The position numbers and the translations under genes are program-made. The notes below the pieces were generated by a model that saw only the letters and a list, made by a program, of their open reading frames with translations, did no database searches and was not told the origin of the DNA. From Alphaproteobacteria bacterium (GTDB lineage Bacteria > Pseudomonadota > Alphaproteobacteria > GCA-2731375): a stretch of DNA of 64,000 nt. Positions 10,665-21,260 of this stretch are shown here, in pieces; position 1 is the stretch's first letter; each line of letters opens with the position of its first letter. Location: NCBI GenBank assembly GCA_965232515.1, contig CBDDPY010000002.1, positions 1,792,001 to 1,856,000 on the forward strand, read 5' to 3'.

Positions 10665-10912
10665 TTCGCCGCAATCGGCGCGTGCGCCATCCGACTGCGT
10701 CGATTTCGACGTCCCGTCTCCAAGGGCCCGCTTTGTGTTGTCCACCGCACACTTGGCGCCGCCATCCAGCGTGAACCCCACAATCGCCTTGGCAAGCCCG
10801 CCGCGATCCCCAAAACTGTCCACATGTGGACGTCGGCCATCCACGACTTAGTTTCATCGTCAGGTTTGTCGGCGGCGCTTCGGCGGCCGAGCCGTGATAT
10901 GGTCCGCGCCCC

Positions 10913-12415
10913 ATGAGTAACGAGCCAGTGACCACCCCCTTGAGCGCCGTCGACATCGATCCCGATGTCGGCGACTACCGCGAGCAGCCGCACAACATCG
11001 AAGCCGAACAGGCGCTGCTGGGCGCCCTTCTCGTCAACAACGAGGCGCTCAGCCGGGTCGGCGACTATCTGCAAGAAGGGCACTTTTTTCAGCCGGTGCA
11101 TGCCCGCATCTATGCGGCCGCCGTCAAGCTGATCGAGCGGGGCCAGATCGCCAACCCGGTAACGCTCAAACACTTCTTCGAAAACGACGAAGCGCTGACC
11201 GACGTCGGTGGCGCGCAGTATCTGGTCCGTCTGGCCGGCGCGGCGGTCAGCGTCATCAACGTCGACCACTACGGCCGCACCATCTACGACCTGGCCATGC
11301 GGCGCAGCCTGATCACGATTGGCGAGGATGTCGTTAATCGAGCCTATGACGCCGATGTCGACGATCCCGCGAAGGCGCAGCTCGAATCGGCCGAAAGTCA
11401 ACTTTTCCGGCTGGCCGAGTCGGGTCGGCACGAGGGCGGCTTCCGCGATTTCGGTTCGGCGCTGGCCGAGGCCATCGAGATGGCCGATATCGCCCTGCAA
11501 AGCGACGGCGAGGTCACGGGCGTCGCCACGGGTTTGCTCGATCTCGACGCCAAGCTCGGCGGCCTTCATCCATCGGATCTGATCATCCTCGCGGCCCGGC
11601 CGGCCATGGGTAAGACGTCGCTCGCGACCAACATCGCCTTTCACGCCGCCAGCAGTTTTCGCCAGGAGGTCGACGAGGCCGGCAACAAGACCGTGCTGGA
11701 CGGCGCCGTCGTTGGCTTCTTCAGCCTGGAGATGTCGGCCGAGCAGCTCGCCACCCGTATCCTCGCGGAACAGGCCGAGATCGCCTCCGACCGGATTCGC
11801 CGCGGCGCCATCAAGGTCGAGGATTTCAGCCGCCTGGTGCGGGCAAGCCAGCAGCTGAGCGAGCTGCCGCTGTTCATCGACGACACGCCGGCGCTGACGA
11901 TTTCGGCCCTGCGCACCCGGGCCCGGCGGCTGAAGCGCAACCACGGCCTCGGCATGGTCGTGGTCGATTATCTGCAGCTGCTGCGGCCGAGCGACCGGAC
12001 CGAGAACCGGGTGCAGGAGATCTCCGAGATCACCCAGGGGCTGAAGGCGCTGGCCAAGGACCTCAATGTGCCGGTGCTGGCCCTGTCCCAGCTCTCCCGC
12101 GCCGTCGAGCAGCGCGAGGACAAGCGGCCGCAGCTTGCCGACCTGCGCGAATCCGGATCCATCGAACAGGATGCCGACGTGGTAATGTTCATCTACCGCG
12201 AGGAGTACTATCACGAGCGCAAGCAGCCCGAGCCGGACACGCCGGAGCACGCCGAGTGGCGTGAGAAGGCGGAGCGTATTCACGGCGTCGCCGAGGTGAT
12301 CGTCGGCAAGCAGCGTCACGGCCCGACCGGCACGGTCAACCTGCAATTCGAGCGCGAGATCACCAAGTTCCGAAACCTTGAGCCGGCCGAACGCATACCC
12401 GATGCCGTCATCTGA
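10913..12415 (+). CDS. dnaB: replicative DNA helicase
   Basis: PHNIEAEQALLG, AARPAMGKT, FSLEMS, VDYLQL, DLRESGSIEQDAD, KQRHGP. Confidence 0.98.
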   Translation: MSNEPVTTPLSAVDIDPDVGDYREQPHNIEAEQALLGALLVNNEALSRVGDYLQEGHFFQPVHARIYAAAVKLIERGQIANPVTLKHFFENDEALTDVGGAQYLVRLAGAAVSVINVDHYGRTIYDLAMRRSLITIGEDVVNRAYDADVDDPAKAQLESAESQLFRLAESGRHEGGFRDFGSALAEAIEMADIALQSDGEVTGVATGLLDLDAKLGGLHPSDLIILAARPAMGKTSLATNIAFHAASSFRQEVDEAGNKTVLDGAVVGFFSLEMSAEQLATRILAEQAEIASDRIRRGAIKVEDFSRLVRASQQLSELPLFIDDTPALTISALRTRARRLKRNHGLGMVVVDYLQLLRPSDRTENRVQEISEITQGLKALAKDLNVPVLALSQLSRAVEQREDKRPQLADLRESGSIEQDADVVMFIYREEYYHERKQPEPDTPEHAEWREKAERIHGVAEVIVGKQRHGPTGTVNLQFEREITKFRNLEPAERIPDAVI

Positions 12416-13505
12416 GCAGGCCGGCGCGGTCCTGCACATCGACCTGGACGCGCTCGCGGGAAACTATCAGCGCCTGCAACGGGAAGCGGGAGGTGCCGTC
12501 TGCGCCGCCGTGGTCAAGGCCGACGGCTACGGACTCGGCGCGACCGAGATCGCCGACGCGCTGTGGACGGCGGGCTGCCGCGAGTTTTTCGTCGCCCACG
12601 TCTTCGAAGGCGCGGCTCTGCGAGCGGCGCTGCCGGACGCCACGATCTATGTGCTGCACGGACCGATGCCGGGCACCGAAGCCGATCTGCCGGCAGATGG
12701 TCTGGTCCCGGTGTTGAACAGCCTCGAGCAGATCGATGCCTGGGCCGCCCTTGCCCGCGCCCGGGGCGGTCTCGACGCGGTGCTGCAGATCGACACCGGC
12801 ATGAACCGGATCGGCCTGCCGCCGGTCGAGGTTCAGGCGCTCAACGACGACCCGTCCCGGCTCGACGGCATTCGCCCGCGCTACGTGATGAGCCACCTCG
12901 CCTGCGCCGAGGATGCCGGCAGCGCCAAGAACGCCGAACAGCTGGCCCTGTTCCGAAGTCTGAAAGCGAAACTGCCGGACGCGCCCGCCACTTTCGCCAA
13001 CTCGTCGGGCATCTTTCTGGGGCCCGACTATCACTTCGATCTGGTGCGCGCTGGCGTCGCGCTGTACGGCGTCAACCCGACGCCCGGACGCCCAAATCCG
13101 ATGGCGGAAGTCGTCCGTCTGGAAGGCAAAATTCTGCAATTGCGCGAAATTGACACGTCTGAGACCGTTGGCTACGGTGCCGCCTATCAAGCAACCGGGC
13201 CGCGCCGTATCGCTACCGTGCCAGTTGGTTACGCGGACGGGTACCTCCGGTGCCTTGGCAACCACGCATACGCCAGCATCGGCGGTGTCCGAGTAAAGGT
13301 GGCAGGGCGCGTTTCAATGGACCTCATCACATTGGATGTCACGGATGCGCCGCCGTCGGCCGTGCGCGTCGGCGCGCCGGTGGACCTGATCGGCGGCGGC
13401 GTGCCGATCGACGACGTCGCCGCCTGGGCCGGCACCATCGGCTACGAGCTGCTGACCAGCCTGGGCCATCGCTATCACCGGTCATTTCACCGCGGGGGCA
13501 CCTGA
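12402..13505 (+). CDS. alr: alanine racemase
   Basis: AVVKADGYG (PLP Lys), DTGMNRIG, GYADG, GRVSMD, TIGYELL. Confidence 0.96.
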   Translation: MPSSEQAGAVLHIDLDALAGNYQRLQREAGGAVCAAVVKADGYGLGATEIADALWTAGCREFFVAHVFEGAALRAALPDATIYVLHGPMPGTEADLPADGLVPVLNSLEQIDAWAALARARGGLDAVLQIDTGMNRIGLPPVEVQALNDDPSRLDGIRPRYVMSHLACAEDAGSAKNAEQLALFRSLKAKLPDAPATFANSSGIFLGPDYHFDLVRAGVALYGVNPTPGRPNPMAEVVRLEGKILQLREIDTSETVGYGAAYQATGPRRIATVPVGYADGYLRCLGNHAYASIGGVRVKVAGRVSMDLITLDVTDAPPSAVRVGAPVDLIGGGVPIDDVAAWAGTIGYELLTSLGHRYHRSFHRGGT

Positions 13506-13510
13506 CCCAC

Positions 13511-14281
13511 ATGAATCCCCTGGCAATCGTCGGCCGAGTCTTCCTGGGCTTTCTCAACACCGCCGGCAAACTATCGATCTTCACCGGGCAGGCCGTCTCC
13601 AGCTGCTTCGCGCCGCCGGTCTACCTCCGGCTAATCGGGCGTCAGCTGCTGGCCATCGGCTACTATTCGCTGCCCGTCGTCGGCCTGACGGCGATCTTCA
13701 CCGGCGCCGTGCTAGCCTTGCAGATCTATATCGGCTCCTCGCGCTTCAACGCCGAGAGCACCGTCGCCTTCATCGTCGTCATCGCCATCACCCGCGAGCT
13801 TGGGCCGGTGCTGGCGGGCCTGATGGTCGGCGGCCGGGTCGGTGCGGCGATGGCGGCCGAACTCGGCACCATGCGTGTCACCGAACAGATCGACGCGCTG
13901 GTGACGCTGCAGACCAACCCGATGAAGTATCTGGTGGCGCCGCGGCTGATCGCCGCCACCATCGCCATGCCATTGCTGGTGGCGATCGCCGACATCATCG
14001 GCGTCATGGGCGGCTATCTGGTCTCGGTCAACAAGCTCGACTTCAACGCCGCGACCTATCTGAAGAACACCTTCGACGTGCTGGAGGCCGATGACGTTGT
14101 CTCGGGCCTGATCAAGGCCGCGGTGTTCGGCTTCATCATCGCGCTGATGGGCTGCTACCACGGCTTCAACAGTTCGGGCGGCGCCCAGGGGGTCGGCCGA
14201 GCCACCACAAACGCCGTGGTCTCTGGCCTGATCCTGATCCTCGTCGCCAACTACATCATGACCGACCTGTTCTTCGCATGA
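13511..14281 (+). CDS. mlaE: MlaE family ABC permease
   Basis: RELGPVL, GRVGAAMAAELGTMRVTEQIDAL, GVGRATT. Confidence 0.93.
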   Translation: MNPLAIVGRVFLGFLNTAGKLSIFTGQAVSSCFAPPVYLRLIGRQLLAIGYYSLPVVGLTAIFTGAVLALQIYIGSSRFNAESTVAFIVVIAITRELGPVLAGLMVGGRVGAAMAAELGTMRVTEQIDALVTLQTNPMKYLVAPRLIAATIAMPLLVAIADIIGVMGGYLVSVNKLDFNAATYLKNTFDVLEADDVVSGLIKAAVFGFIIALMGCYHGFNSSGGAQGVGRATTNAVVSGLILILVANYIMTDLFFA

Positions 14282-15057
14282 GCAACGATCCGCCGAAGCT
14301 GATGCTGGACGACGTCCACAAGGCGTTCGGCCCGAAGGTCGTGCTGAACGGCTTGAACCTGACGCTTCACAAGGGCGAATCGATCGTCGTGATCGGCGGC
14401 TCCGGCACCGGCAAGTCGGTGATGTTGAAATGCGTGCTCGGCCTGCTGAAACCCGATGCCGGCCGGATTCAGGTCGACGGCGAGGACGTGGTCGGCATGG
14501 GCGGCGGCAAGCGTGACCGCATCCTGCGCAAGTTCGGCATGCTGTTCCAGAACGCGGCGCTGTTCGACAGTTTGTCGGTCTGGGAGAACGTCGCTTTCGG
14601 GCTGGTCGAGGGCGCCGGCATGGAACGCGAGGAAGCCCGCGAAATCTCGCTCGAGAAGCTGCGCCGGGTCGGCCTCGGCCCCGACGTTGCCGCGCTCAGC
14701 CCGGCCGAACTATCGGGCGGCATGCGCAAGCGCGTGGGTCTCGCCCGGGCCATCGCCACGGAGCCCGAGATCATTTTCTTCGACGAGCCGACCACCGGCC
14801 TCGATCCGATCATGGGCGACGTGATCAACCATCTGATCGTCGAATGCGTGCAGGACTTGGGTGCCTCCACCGTCACCATCACGCACGACATGTCGAGCGC
14901 GCGGACCATCGCGCATCGCGTGGCGATGCTGTACAAGGGCCAGATCCTCTGGATCGGGCCGGTCGACCAGATCGATGACAGCGGCAATGCCTATGTCGAC
15001 CAGTTCATCCACGGTCGCGGCGAGGGTCCGATCCAGATGGAAGTGCGGAAATTGTAA
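14278..15057 (+). CDS. mlaF: MlaF family ABC ATP-binding protein
   Basis: GGSGTGKS, LSGGMRKR, FFDEPTTGLDP; coupled to mlaE. Confidence 0.92.
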   Translation: MSNDPPKLMLDDVHKAFGPKVVLNGLNLTLHKGESIVVIGGSGTGKSVMLKCVLGLLKPDAGRIQVDGEDVVGMGGGKRDRILRKFGMLFQNAALFDSLSVWENVAFGLVEGAGMEREEAREISLEKLRRVGLGPDVAALSPAELSGGMRKRVGLARAIATEPEIIFFDEPTTGLDPIMGDVINHLIVECVQDLGASTVTITHDMSSARTIAHRVAMLYKGQILWIGPVDQIDDSGNAYVDQFIHGRGEGPIQMEVRKL

Positions 15058-15074
15058 GCAGGGCTAGAGCGCAC

Positions 15075-16454
15075 GTGGCGCAACCCGCCGAACGCTTCGT
15101 CTGCCAGAGTTGCGGCGCGGTCCATCGCAAATGGTCCGGCCGCTGCGGTTCTTGCGGTGAATGGAACTCGATCGTCGAGGAGCTGAACGAATCGACGCCG
15201 CCCAAGGGCCTCGGCGCGGGCAAAGGCCGGCAGATCGAATTCAGCGCGCTCGATTCACTGCCGCTGGGCGAGGAACCGCGGCTGGCCACCGATATCAAGG
15301 AATTCGACCGCGTCTGCGGCAGCGGCCTGGTGCCCGGCTCGGCGATCCTGATCGGCGGCGATCCAGGCATCGGCAAATCCACGCTGCTGCTGCAGGTCGC
15401 GGCGGCGCTTGCCCGCGCCGGCCACCGCTGCGCCTACATCTCCGGCGAGGAGGCGACCGATCAGGTGCGCATGCGGGCACGCCGTCTGGGCTTGGCCGAC
15501 GCGCCTGTGCAGCTCGCGGCGGCGACCAATGTGCGCGACATCCTGACCAGCATCGACGTCGCCGAGGCCCCGCGCACCGTGGTCATCGATTCGATCCAGA
15601 CCATGTTCGTCGACAGCCTCGAATCGGCGCCCGGCACGGTCTCGCAGGTCCGCACCAGCGCGCAGGAGCTGATTCGTCTGGCCAAGCGCCGCGATATCGC
15701 CATGCTGCTGGTTGGCCACGTCACCAAGGAAGGGCAGATCGCCGGTCCCCGCGTGCTCGAGCACATGGTCGACACGGTGCTCTATTTCGAGGGCGAGCGC
15801 GGGCATCAGTTCCGCATCCTGCGCACGGTGAAGAACCGCTTCGGTCCGACCGACGAGATCGGCGTCTTCGAGATGACCGACGGCGGCCTGATCGAGGTGG
15901 CGAATCCCTCGGCGCTGTTCCTGTCCAGCCGCCCCGGCGGCGCGGTCAGCGGCACCTCGGTCTTCGCCGGCATGGAGGGCACGCGGCCGGTGCTGGTCGA
16001 AATCCAGGCGCTGGCCGCCCGGTCGTCGCTGGCGACGCCGCGGCGCACCGTCGTGGGCTGGGACAGCAACCGGCTCGCCATGGTCATGGCCGTGCTCGAT
16101 TCGCGCTGCGATCTCGGCGTGTCGGGCAACGACGTTTACCTTAACGTCGCCGGCGGCCTGCGTATCGCCGAGCCAGCCGCCGACCTTGCCGTCGCCGCGG
16201 CGCTGATCTCCTCGCTGACCAACGTGGCCGTGCCGGCCGAATCGGTGCTGTTCGGCGAGATCAGCCTGTCCGGCGAAATCCGCCCGGTCAGCCAGGCCGA
16301 CCTGCGCCTGAAGGAGGCCGCGAAGCTAGGCTTTCAGCGGGCGCTGGTGCCGCCAGCGCCGAATCGGCGCGCGGCGCCGCTCGACATCGTCGAGGTCAGG
16401 CATCTGCATGACCTCGTCGAGCTCTTTACAACCCGTCGCGCCGCCGCCATATAG
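15075..16454 (+). CDS. radA: DNA repair protein RadA/Sms
   Basis: N-terminal C4 zinc finger, GDPGIGKST, KNRFG motif. Confidence 0.97.
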   Translation: MAQPAERFVCQSCGAVHRKWSGRCGSCGEWNSIVEELNESTPPKGLGAGKGRQIEFSALDSLPLGEEPRLATDIKEFDRVCGSGLVPGSAILIGGDPGIGKSTLLLQVAAALARAGHRCAYISGEEATDQVRMRARRLGLADAPVQLAAATNVRDILTSIDVAEAPRTVVIDSIQTMFVDSLESAPGTVSQVRTSAQELIRLAKRRDIAMLLVGHVTKEGQIAGPRVLEHMVDTVLYFEGERGHQFRILRTVKNRFGPTDEIGVFEMTDGGLIEVANPSALFLSSRPGGAVSGTSVFAGMEGTRPVLVEIQALAARSSLATPRRTVVGWDSNRLAMVMAVLDSRCDLGVSGNDVYLNVAGGLRIAEPAADLAVAAALISSLTNVAVPAESVLFGEISLSGEIRPVSQADLRLKEAAKLGFQRALVPPAPNRRAAPLDIVEVRHLHDLVELFTTRRAAAI

Positions 16455-16464
16455 TCGCGCCGCC

Positions 16465-17136
16465 ATGGACGCCCTGCCCATCAACATCACCGATATCGCG
16501 GTCTTCGCGATTCTGCTGATCTCGGCCGTGCTGGCGCTCAGCCACGGCTTCGTCAAAGAGGTATTGGCGATCGCCGGCTGGGTTGGCGCCGCCATCGTCG
16601 CGCTGAAGCTGTTCCCGGTGCTGCAGCCGGTGACCCGGCAGTATGTCGAGCATGAGCTGCTGGCCGACGGCATCACCGGCGCCGGCATTTTCCTCATCAC
16701 GCTGGTCCTGCTGTCGCTGATCGCCGGCCGCATCGCTAGACTGGTGCGGGACAGCGAAATCAACACGCTCGACCGCTCGCTCGGCTTCCTGTTCGGCCTC
16801 GCCCGCGGCGCCGTGATCGTCGCGCTCGGCTATCTGGTCCTGGTCCAGTTCGTGCCGCCCAAGGAGTTCCCGTCCTGGCTCGGCGAGGCCCGATCGCTGC
16901 CTGTCGTCGCCTACACCGCCGATCTGCTGCTGACGCTCGCGCCCGAGGAGATCGCCGCCGGCTTGAGGGTGGTCGAGGATGTGGGCGATTCCGCCACCAA
17001 GGCCCTACGCCCGCAGGACGCGCTCGGCGTGCTTCAGGGCGCCGTAACGCCGCCTGACTCCGGCGATGAAAAGGGCTATAAGTCCGAGGATCGACGGGGC
17101 CTGGAGCGCCTGTTCGAAAGCAAGCAGGACAACTGA
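16465..17136 (+). CDS. cvpA: CvpA (colicin V production) family membrane protein
   Basis: GFVKEVL, LDRSLGFLFGLARG; upstream of purF. Confidence 0.9.
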   Translation: MDALPINITDIAVFAILLISAVLALSHGFVKEVLAIAGWVGAAIVALKLFPVLQPVTRQYVEHELLADGITGAGIFLITLVLLSLIAGRIARLVRDSEINTLDRSLGFLFGLARGAVIVALGYLVLVQFVPPKEFPSWLGEARSLPVVAYTADLLLTLAPEEIAAGLRVVEDVGDSATKALRPQDALGVLQGAVTPPDSGDEKGYKSEDRRGLERLFESKQDN

Positions 17137-18635
17137 TGCGCCGTGCCGCCAACACCGGCTCTCAGCCGCCGACCGACCGGTCTTTGACCACGCACCCGCT
17201 GGATGATGACAAGCTGCACGAGGAATGCGGCATTTTCGGCATTTTCGGCGCCGATGACGCCGCCGCGCTGACCGCGCTGGGCCTGCACGCCCTGCAACAT
17301 CGCGGCCAGGAAGCAGCCGGCATCGTCTCCTATGACGGTCGACAGTTCCATTCCCATCGCGGGCTGGGCCACGTCGCCGACAACTTCGATTCCGAGGCGG
17401 TGGTGAGCCGCCTGAAAGGCCGCGCGTCCATCGGCCACAATCGCTACTCGACCACGGGCGAGACCGTGCTGCGCAACGTCCAGCCGCTGTTCGCCGAGCT
17501 GGAGTTCGGCGGTTTCGCCGTCGGCCACAACGGCAACCTGACCAATGCCCGGGCGCTGCGCCGCGAGCTGGTCAAACGCGGCTGCATCTTCCAGTCGACC
17601 ATGGATTCCGAAACCCTGATCCACCTGATCGCGACCAGCGGCTTCGCGACGATGATCGATCGGCTGGTCGACGCGCTGCGCCAGGTGGTGGGCGCCTACA
17701 GCCTGGTCGCCCTGTCGAACACCGCCCTGATCGGCGTGCGCGACCCCATGGGGGTGCGGCCGCTGGTGCTGGGCGAGCTCGATGGCGCGCCGATCCTGGC
17801 CAGCGAGACCTGCGCGCTGGATATCATCGGCGCGCGGTTCATCAGGGATGTCGAGCCGGGCGAGATCGTGGTCTGCAGGGAGGACGGTGTCGAGAGCCTG
17901 AAGCCCTTCCCGCCCCAAAAGCACCGGGCCTGCATCTTCGAGTACATCTATTTCTCGCGGCCCGACTCGATCATCGAGGAGATGAGCGTCTACGACATTC
18001 GCAAGAATATCGGCCGCGAACTGTCCCGCGAAAGCGGCGTGCCTGCGGATCTGGTGATCCCGATCCCGGATTCCGGCACGCCGGCGGCGCTCGGCTACGC
18101 CAACGAGGCCGGTATCCCCTTCGAGCTCGGCATCATCCGCAACCACTATGTCGGCCGCACCTTCATCGAACCGACGCAGCAGATCCGCGACCTCGGCGTG
18201 AAACTCAAACACAACGCCAACCGCAGCGAAATCGCCGGCAAGCGCGTGATCCTGGTCGACGACAGCATCGTTCGCGGCACCACGGCCCGCAAGATCGTGC
18301 AGATGGTCCGCGATGCCGGCGCGACGGAAGTGCACATGCGCATCGCCAGTCCGCCGACCATGCATCCCTGCTTCTATGGCATCGACACGCCGTCGCGCGA
18401 GGAGTTGCTGGCCGCCCGCATGAACGTCGAGGACATGCGCGACCATATCGGCGTCGACACGCTCGCCTACATCAGCATCGACGGCCTCTACCGGGCCGCC
18501 GGCGAAAGCCGCCGAGACGCGGACGATCCGCAGTTCTGCGACGCCTGCTTCACCGGCGACTACCCCGTCGCGCTGACCGATCTCGCTGACGGTGATTCCC
18601 CGGCGCAGTTGTCGCTGCTGGCCGAAAGCGCCTGA
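17136..18635 (+). CDS. purF: amidophosphoribosyltransferase
   Basis: EECGIFG propeptide site, LQHRGQE, HNRYSTTG, VDDSIVRGTT. True start may be TTG 17184. Confidence 0.97.
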   Translation: MRRAANTGSQPPTDRSLTTHPLDDDKLHEECGIFGIFGADDAAALTALGLHALQHRGQEAAGIVSYDGRQFHSHRGLGHVADNFDSEAVVSRLKGRASIGHNRYSTTGETVLRNVQPLFAELEFGGFAVGHNGNLTNARALRRELVKRGCIFQSTMDSETLIHLIATSGFATMIDRLVDALRQVVGAYSLVALSNTALIGVRDPMGVRPLVLGELDGAPILASETCALDIIGARFIRDVEPGEIVVCREDGVESLKPFPPQKHRACIFEYIYFSRPDSIIEEMSVYDIRKNIGRELSRESGVPADLVIPIPDSGTPAALGYANEAGIPFELGIIRNHYVGRTFIEPTQQIRDLGVKLKHNANRSEIAGKRVILVDDSIVRGTTARKIVQMVRDAGATEVHMRIASPPTMHPCFYGIDTPSREELLAARMNVEDMRDHIGVDTLAYISIDGLYRAAGESRRDADDPQFCDACFTGDYPVALTDLADGDSPAQLSLLAESA

Positions 18636-18647
18636 CGCGTTCGTTAT

Positions 18648-19376
18648 ATGCCCGACCGCCTGCAGGACCGTATCGCGCTCGTCACCGGCGCTTCGCGCGG
18701 CATCGGAGCCGCCATTGCCCAGGCGTATGCCCGCGAAGGCGCGCATATCATCGCCGTCGCCCGAACGGTCGGCGGCCTGGAAGAACTTGACGACGCGATC
18801 ACGGCCGGTGGCGGCAGCGCAACCCTGGTGCCGCTCGATTTGACCGAACCCGACACCATCGAACAGCTCGGTGCAAGTATCTTCGAGCGCTGGGGCCGGC
18901 TCGACATTCTGGTCGGCAATGCCGCCGTCCTCGGCCAGCTCAGCCCCGTCGGCCATATCGAGCCGCCGACCTGGCAACGCGGCTTCGACCTCAATGTCAC
19001 GGCAAACTGGCGTCTGCTACGCTCGCTCGATCCGCTGCTGCGGCAGTCGGATGCCGGCCGGGCCATTTTCCTGACCTCGGGCGTGACGCGGACGCTGCCG
19101 GCTTATTGGGCCACCTATTCGGCGTCCAAGGCGGCCCTGGAGGCGCTGGTCATGACCTACGCCCGAGAGATCGAGAAGACCTCGGTGCGCGCAAACCTGG
19201 TCAATCCGGGCCCGACGCGTACGCAGATGCGCGCGGCGGCATTTCCCGGCGAAGATCCGGATACGCTGCCGCCGCCAGAGCATCTGACGGACATTCTGAT
19301 CCGGCTCGCCGAACCCGATTTCACCGGCAATGGCCTGTGGGTCGCCGCCGACGCCGAGCCCGCCTCGCTGCACTAG
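18648..19376 (+). CDS. SDR oxidoreductase (YciK-like)
   Basis: TGASRGIG, YSASK, NPGPTRTQMRAAAFPGED. Confidence 0.88.
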   Translation: MPDRLQDRIALVTGASRGIGAAIAQAYAREGAHIIAVARTVGGLEELDDAITAGGGSATLVPLDLTEPDTIEQLGASIFERWGRLDILVGNAAVLGQLSPVGHIEPPTWQRGFDLNVTANWRLLRSLDPLLRQSDAGRAIFLTSGVTRTLPAYWATYSASKAALEALVMTYAREIEKTSVRANLVNPGPTRTQMRAAAFPGEDPDTLPPPEHLTDILIRLAEPDFTGNGLWVAADAEPASLH

Positions 19377-19385
19377 GCTGTCGGC

Positions 19386-21260
19386 ATGACCGATGATGCT
19401 TCCCTTCAGCCCGCCGGAAGGACGGTACTGAGAGAGACTTCACGGGTTCGTCTTCGACATTTCCGTATCGGCATCGCCAGCGGCCTGCTCATAGCATTCG
19501 GCGGTCTGGTGTTCGTCGCCGTGGCCGCGGTTCTGGCGATCTCGATATGGAGCGCGCGCGAAAACACGCTGTCGTTGCTGCAGGACAAGACGCAGTCAAC
19601 CATGCGCTTGATCCTCAGCGATATCGATCGGCATCTGCAACCGGCCGAAGACCAGCTTGAGTATCTCGCAAAGAAGATCGAGGCCGGCGAGATCGACTCC
19701 GGCGACGACGCTGAAATGACGACCTTCATGACCGGCGCATTGGCGGCGACGCCCGATGTTCGCATCCTGGTCCTGCTGCGCCCCGATCTCTCGGCCATCG
19801 AGGTGCCCGTCGTCTCCCCAACCCCGCAGGCGCAGGCGAACATTCAAGCCGGCCTGGAACTGGCGCGGACTATTCTGGCCGACGCGGAGAAGCGGCAGGA
19901 GCTGTTCTGGGCCGAGGTCGTGCGCGCGCCGCGGGAACGAACGACGATGATCAACGTGCGCCGGCCGCTTCGCCGCGACGGACGCTTCCTTGGCCTGCTT
20001 GCCGCCGGCGTCGAGGCGGACCGTCTGTCGGACCTGTTGGACAACGTTGCCTACAAGCTGGGTGGCAGCGCCTTCATCCTTTACGACGATGGGTACGTTC
20101 TGGCGCACCCGCAGATGATTCTCGGCTTCCCGGGCCTCAGCCCCTCGCAACCGCTGCCGCGGGTCGACCAGATCGTCGATCCCGTTCTGGCGGCTTATCT
20201 GCGGCCCAGCGACAACGCCGGGCTGGATATCGAAGGACGCCTCTCCAGCAGCATGAATATCCGCTTCCTCGACACGTCAGAAGGCGAATACATCGCGCTA
20301 TTCCAACAGATAGACGGTTATTCGGACCGGCCGTGGACCGTCGTCGTCTACTTCCCCGAGGCGGAACTGACCGAGACGATACGGCGTGCCGCCGCCGCCG
20401 CGATCGCGGGTCTTGCCGTGCTGCTGATCGCGCTGATCGTGGCCTTCATCATCGCCCGCCAATTGAGCGCGCCGATCGGCCGGCTTGCCGTCAGCGCCAA
20501 CCAGATCAAAGACCTGCGGCTCGACGGCGTGAAGCCGTTGCCGACCAGCAGCTTCGCCGAACTCAGCGATGCGTCTTCCGCCTTCAATTCAATGATCGTG
20601 GGGCTGCGCTGGTTCGAGACCTACGTGCCCAGAACGCTCGTACAGCGCCTGATCGGACAGGGCGACACCTCGGCCGGTATCTCGGCCGACCGCAATGTCA
20701 CCGTGCTGTTCACCGATATCGCCGGCTTCACCGGCCAATCCGAACACATGACCGCCGGCGAGACCGCGACCTTTCTCAACCACCATTTCTCACTGCTCAG
20801 CCAATGCGTCGAGGCCGAGGGCGGCACCATCGACAAGTTCATCGGCGATGCACTGATGGCCTTCTGGGGCGCGCCGGAATATCAGCCCGACCACGCCGCC
20901 CGCGCCTGCCGCGCGGCGCTGGCGATCCGCGCGGCGGTCAAGGCCGACAATGCGGCCCGGATCGCCAACGGCCAGCCGCCGGTACACGTCAGGATCGGCC
21001 TGCACAGCGGCCACGCCGTCGTCGGCAATATCGGCGCGCCGCAGCGCATGAACTACACCATTGTGGGCGACACGGTGAACGTCGCCAACCGGCTCGAGGC
21101 GCTCGCCAAGACGGAAACGCCGTCGGGCGCGGACAACGAGGTCGCGATCCTGCTCAGCGCGGCAACCGCTTCGGCGGCCGGCTCGGCAATGACACCGGTC
21201 AAGGCCGGCAGCTTTCAAATCCGCGGCCGCAGCGAAGAGATTGAGGTCTTCGCGATCTAG
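19386..21260 (+). CDS. membrane-bound class III adenylate cyclase (periplasmic Cache-like sensor, HAMP, cyclase)
   Basis: Two TM helices; [34 protein letters not shown]. Confidence 0.88.
   Translation: MTDDASLQPAGRTVLRETSRVRLRHFRIGIASGLLIAFGGLVFVAVAAVLAISIWSARENTLSLLQDKTQSTMRLILSDIDRHLQPAEDQLEYLAKKIEAGEIDSGDDAEMTTFMTGALAATPDVRILVLLRPDLSAIEVPVVSPTPQAQANIQAGLELARTILADAEKRQELFWAEVVRAPRERTTMINVRRPLRRDGRFLGLLAAGVEADRLSDLLDNVAYKLGGSAFILYDDGYVLAHPQMILGFPGLSPSQPLPRVDQIVDPVLAAYLRPSDNAGLDIEGRLSSSMNIRFLDTSEGEYIALFQQIDGYSDRPWTVVVYFPEAELTETIRRAAAAAIAGLAVLLIALIVAFIIARQLSAPIGRLAVSANQIKDLRLDGVKPLPTSSFAELSDASSAFNSMIVGLRWFETYVPRTLVQRLIGQGDTSAGISADRNVTVLFTDIAGFTGQSEHMTAGETATFLNHHFSLLSQCVEAEGGTIDKFIGDALMAFWGAPEYQPDHAARACRAALAIRAAVKADNAARIANGQPPVHVRIGLHSGHAVVGNIGAPQRMNYTIVGDTVNVANRLEALAKTETPSGADNEVAILLSAATASAAGSAMTPVKAGSFQIRGRSEEIEVFAI

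Noticed and set aside
13511-15057. mlaEF without mlaD as an unusual system
   Set aside because: The alr-mlaE-mlaF-radA-cvpA-purF order is ordinary in Alphaproteobacteria; mlaD is commonly elsewhere.
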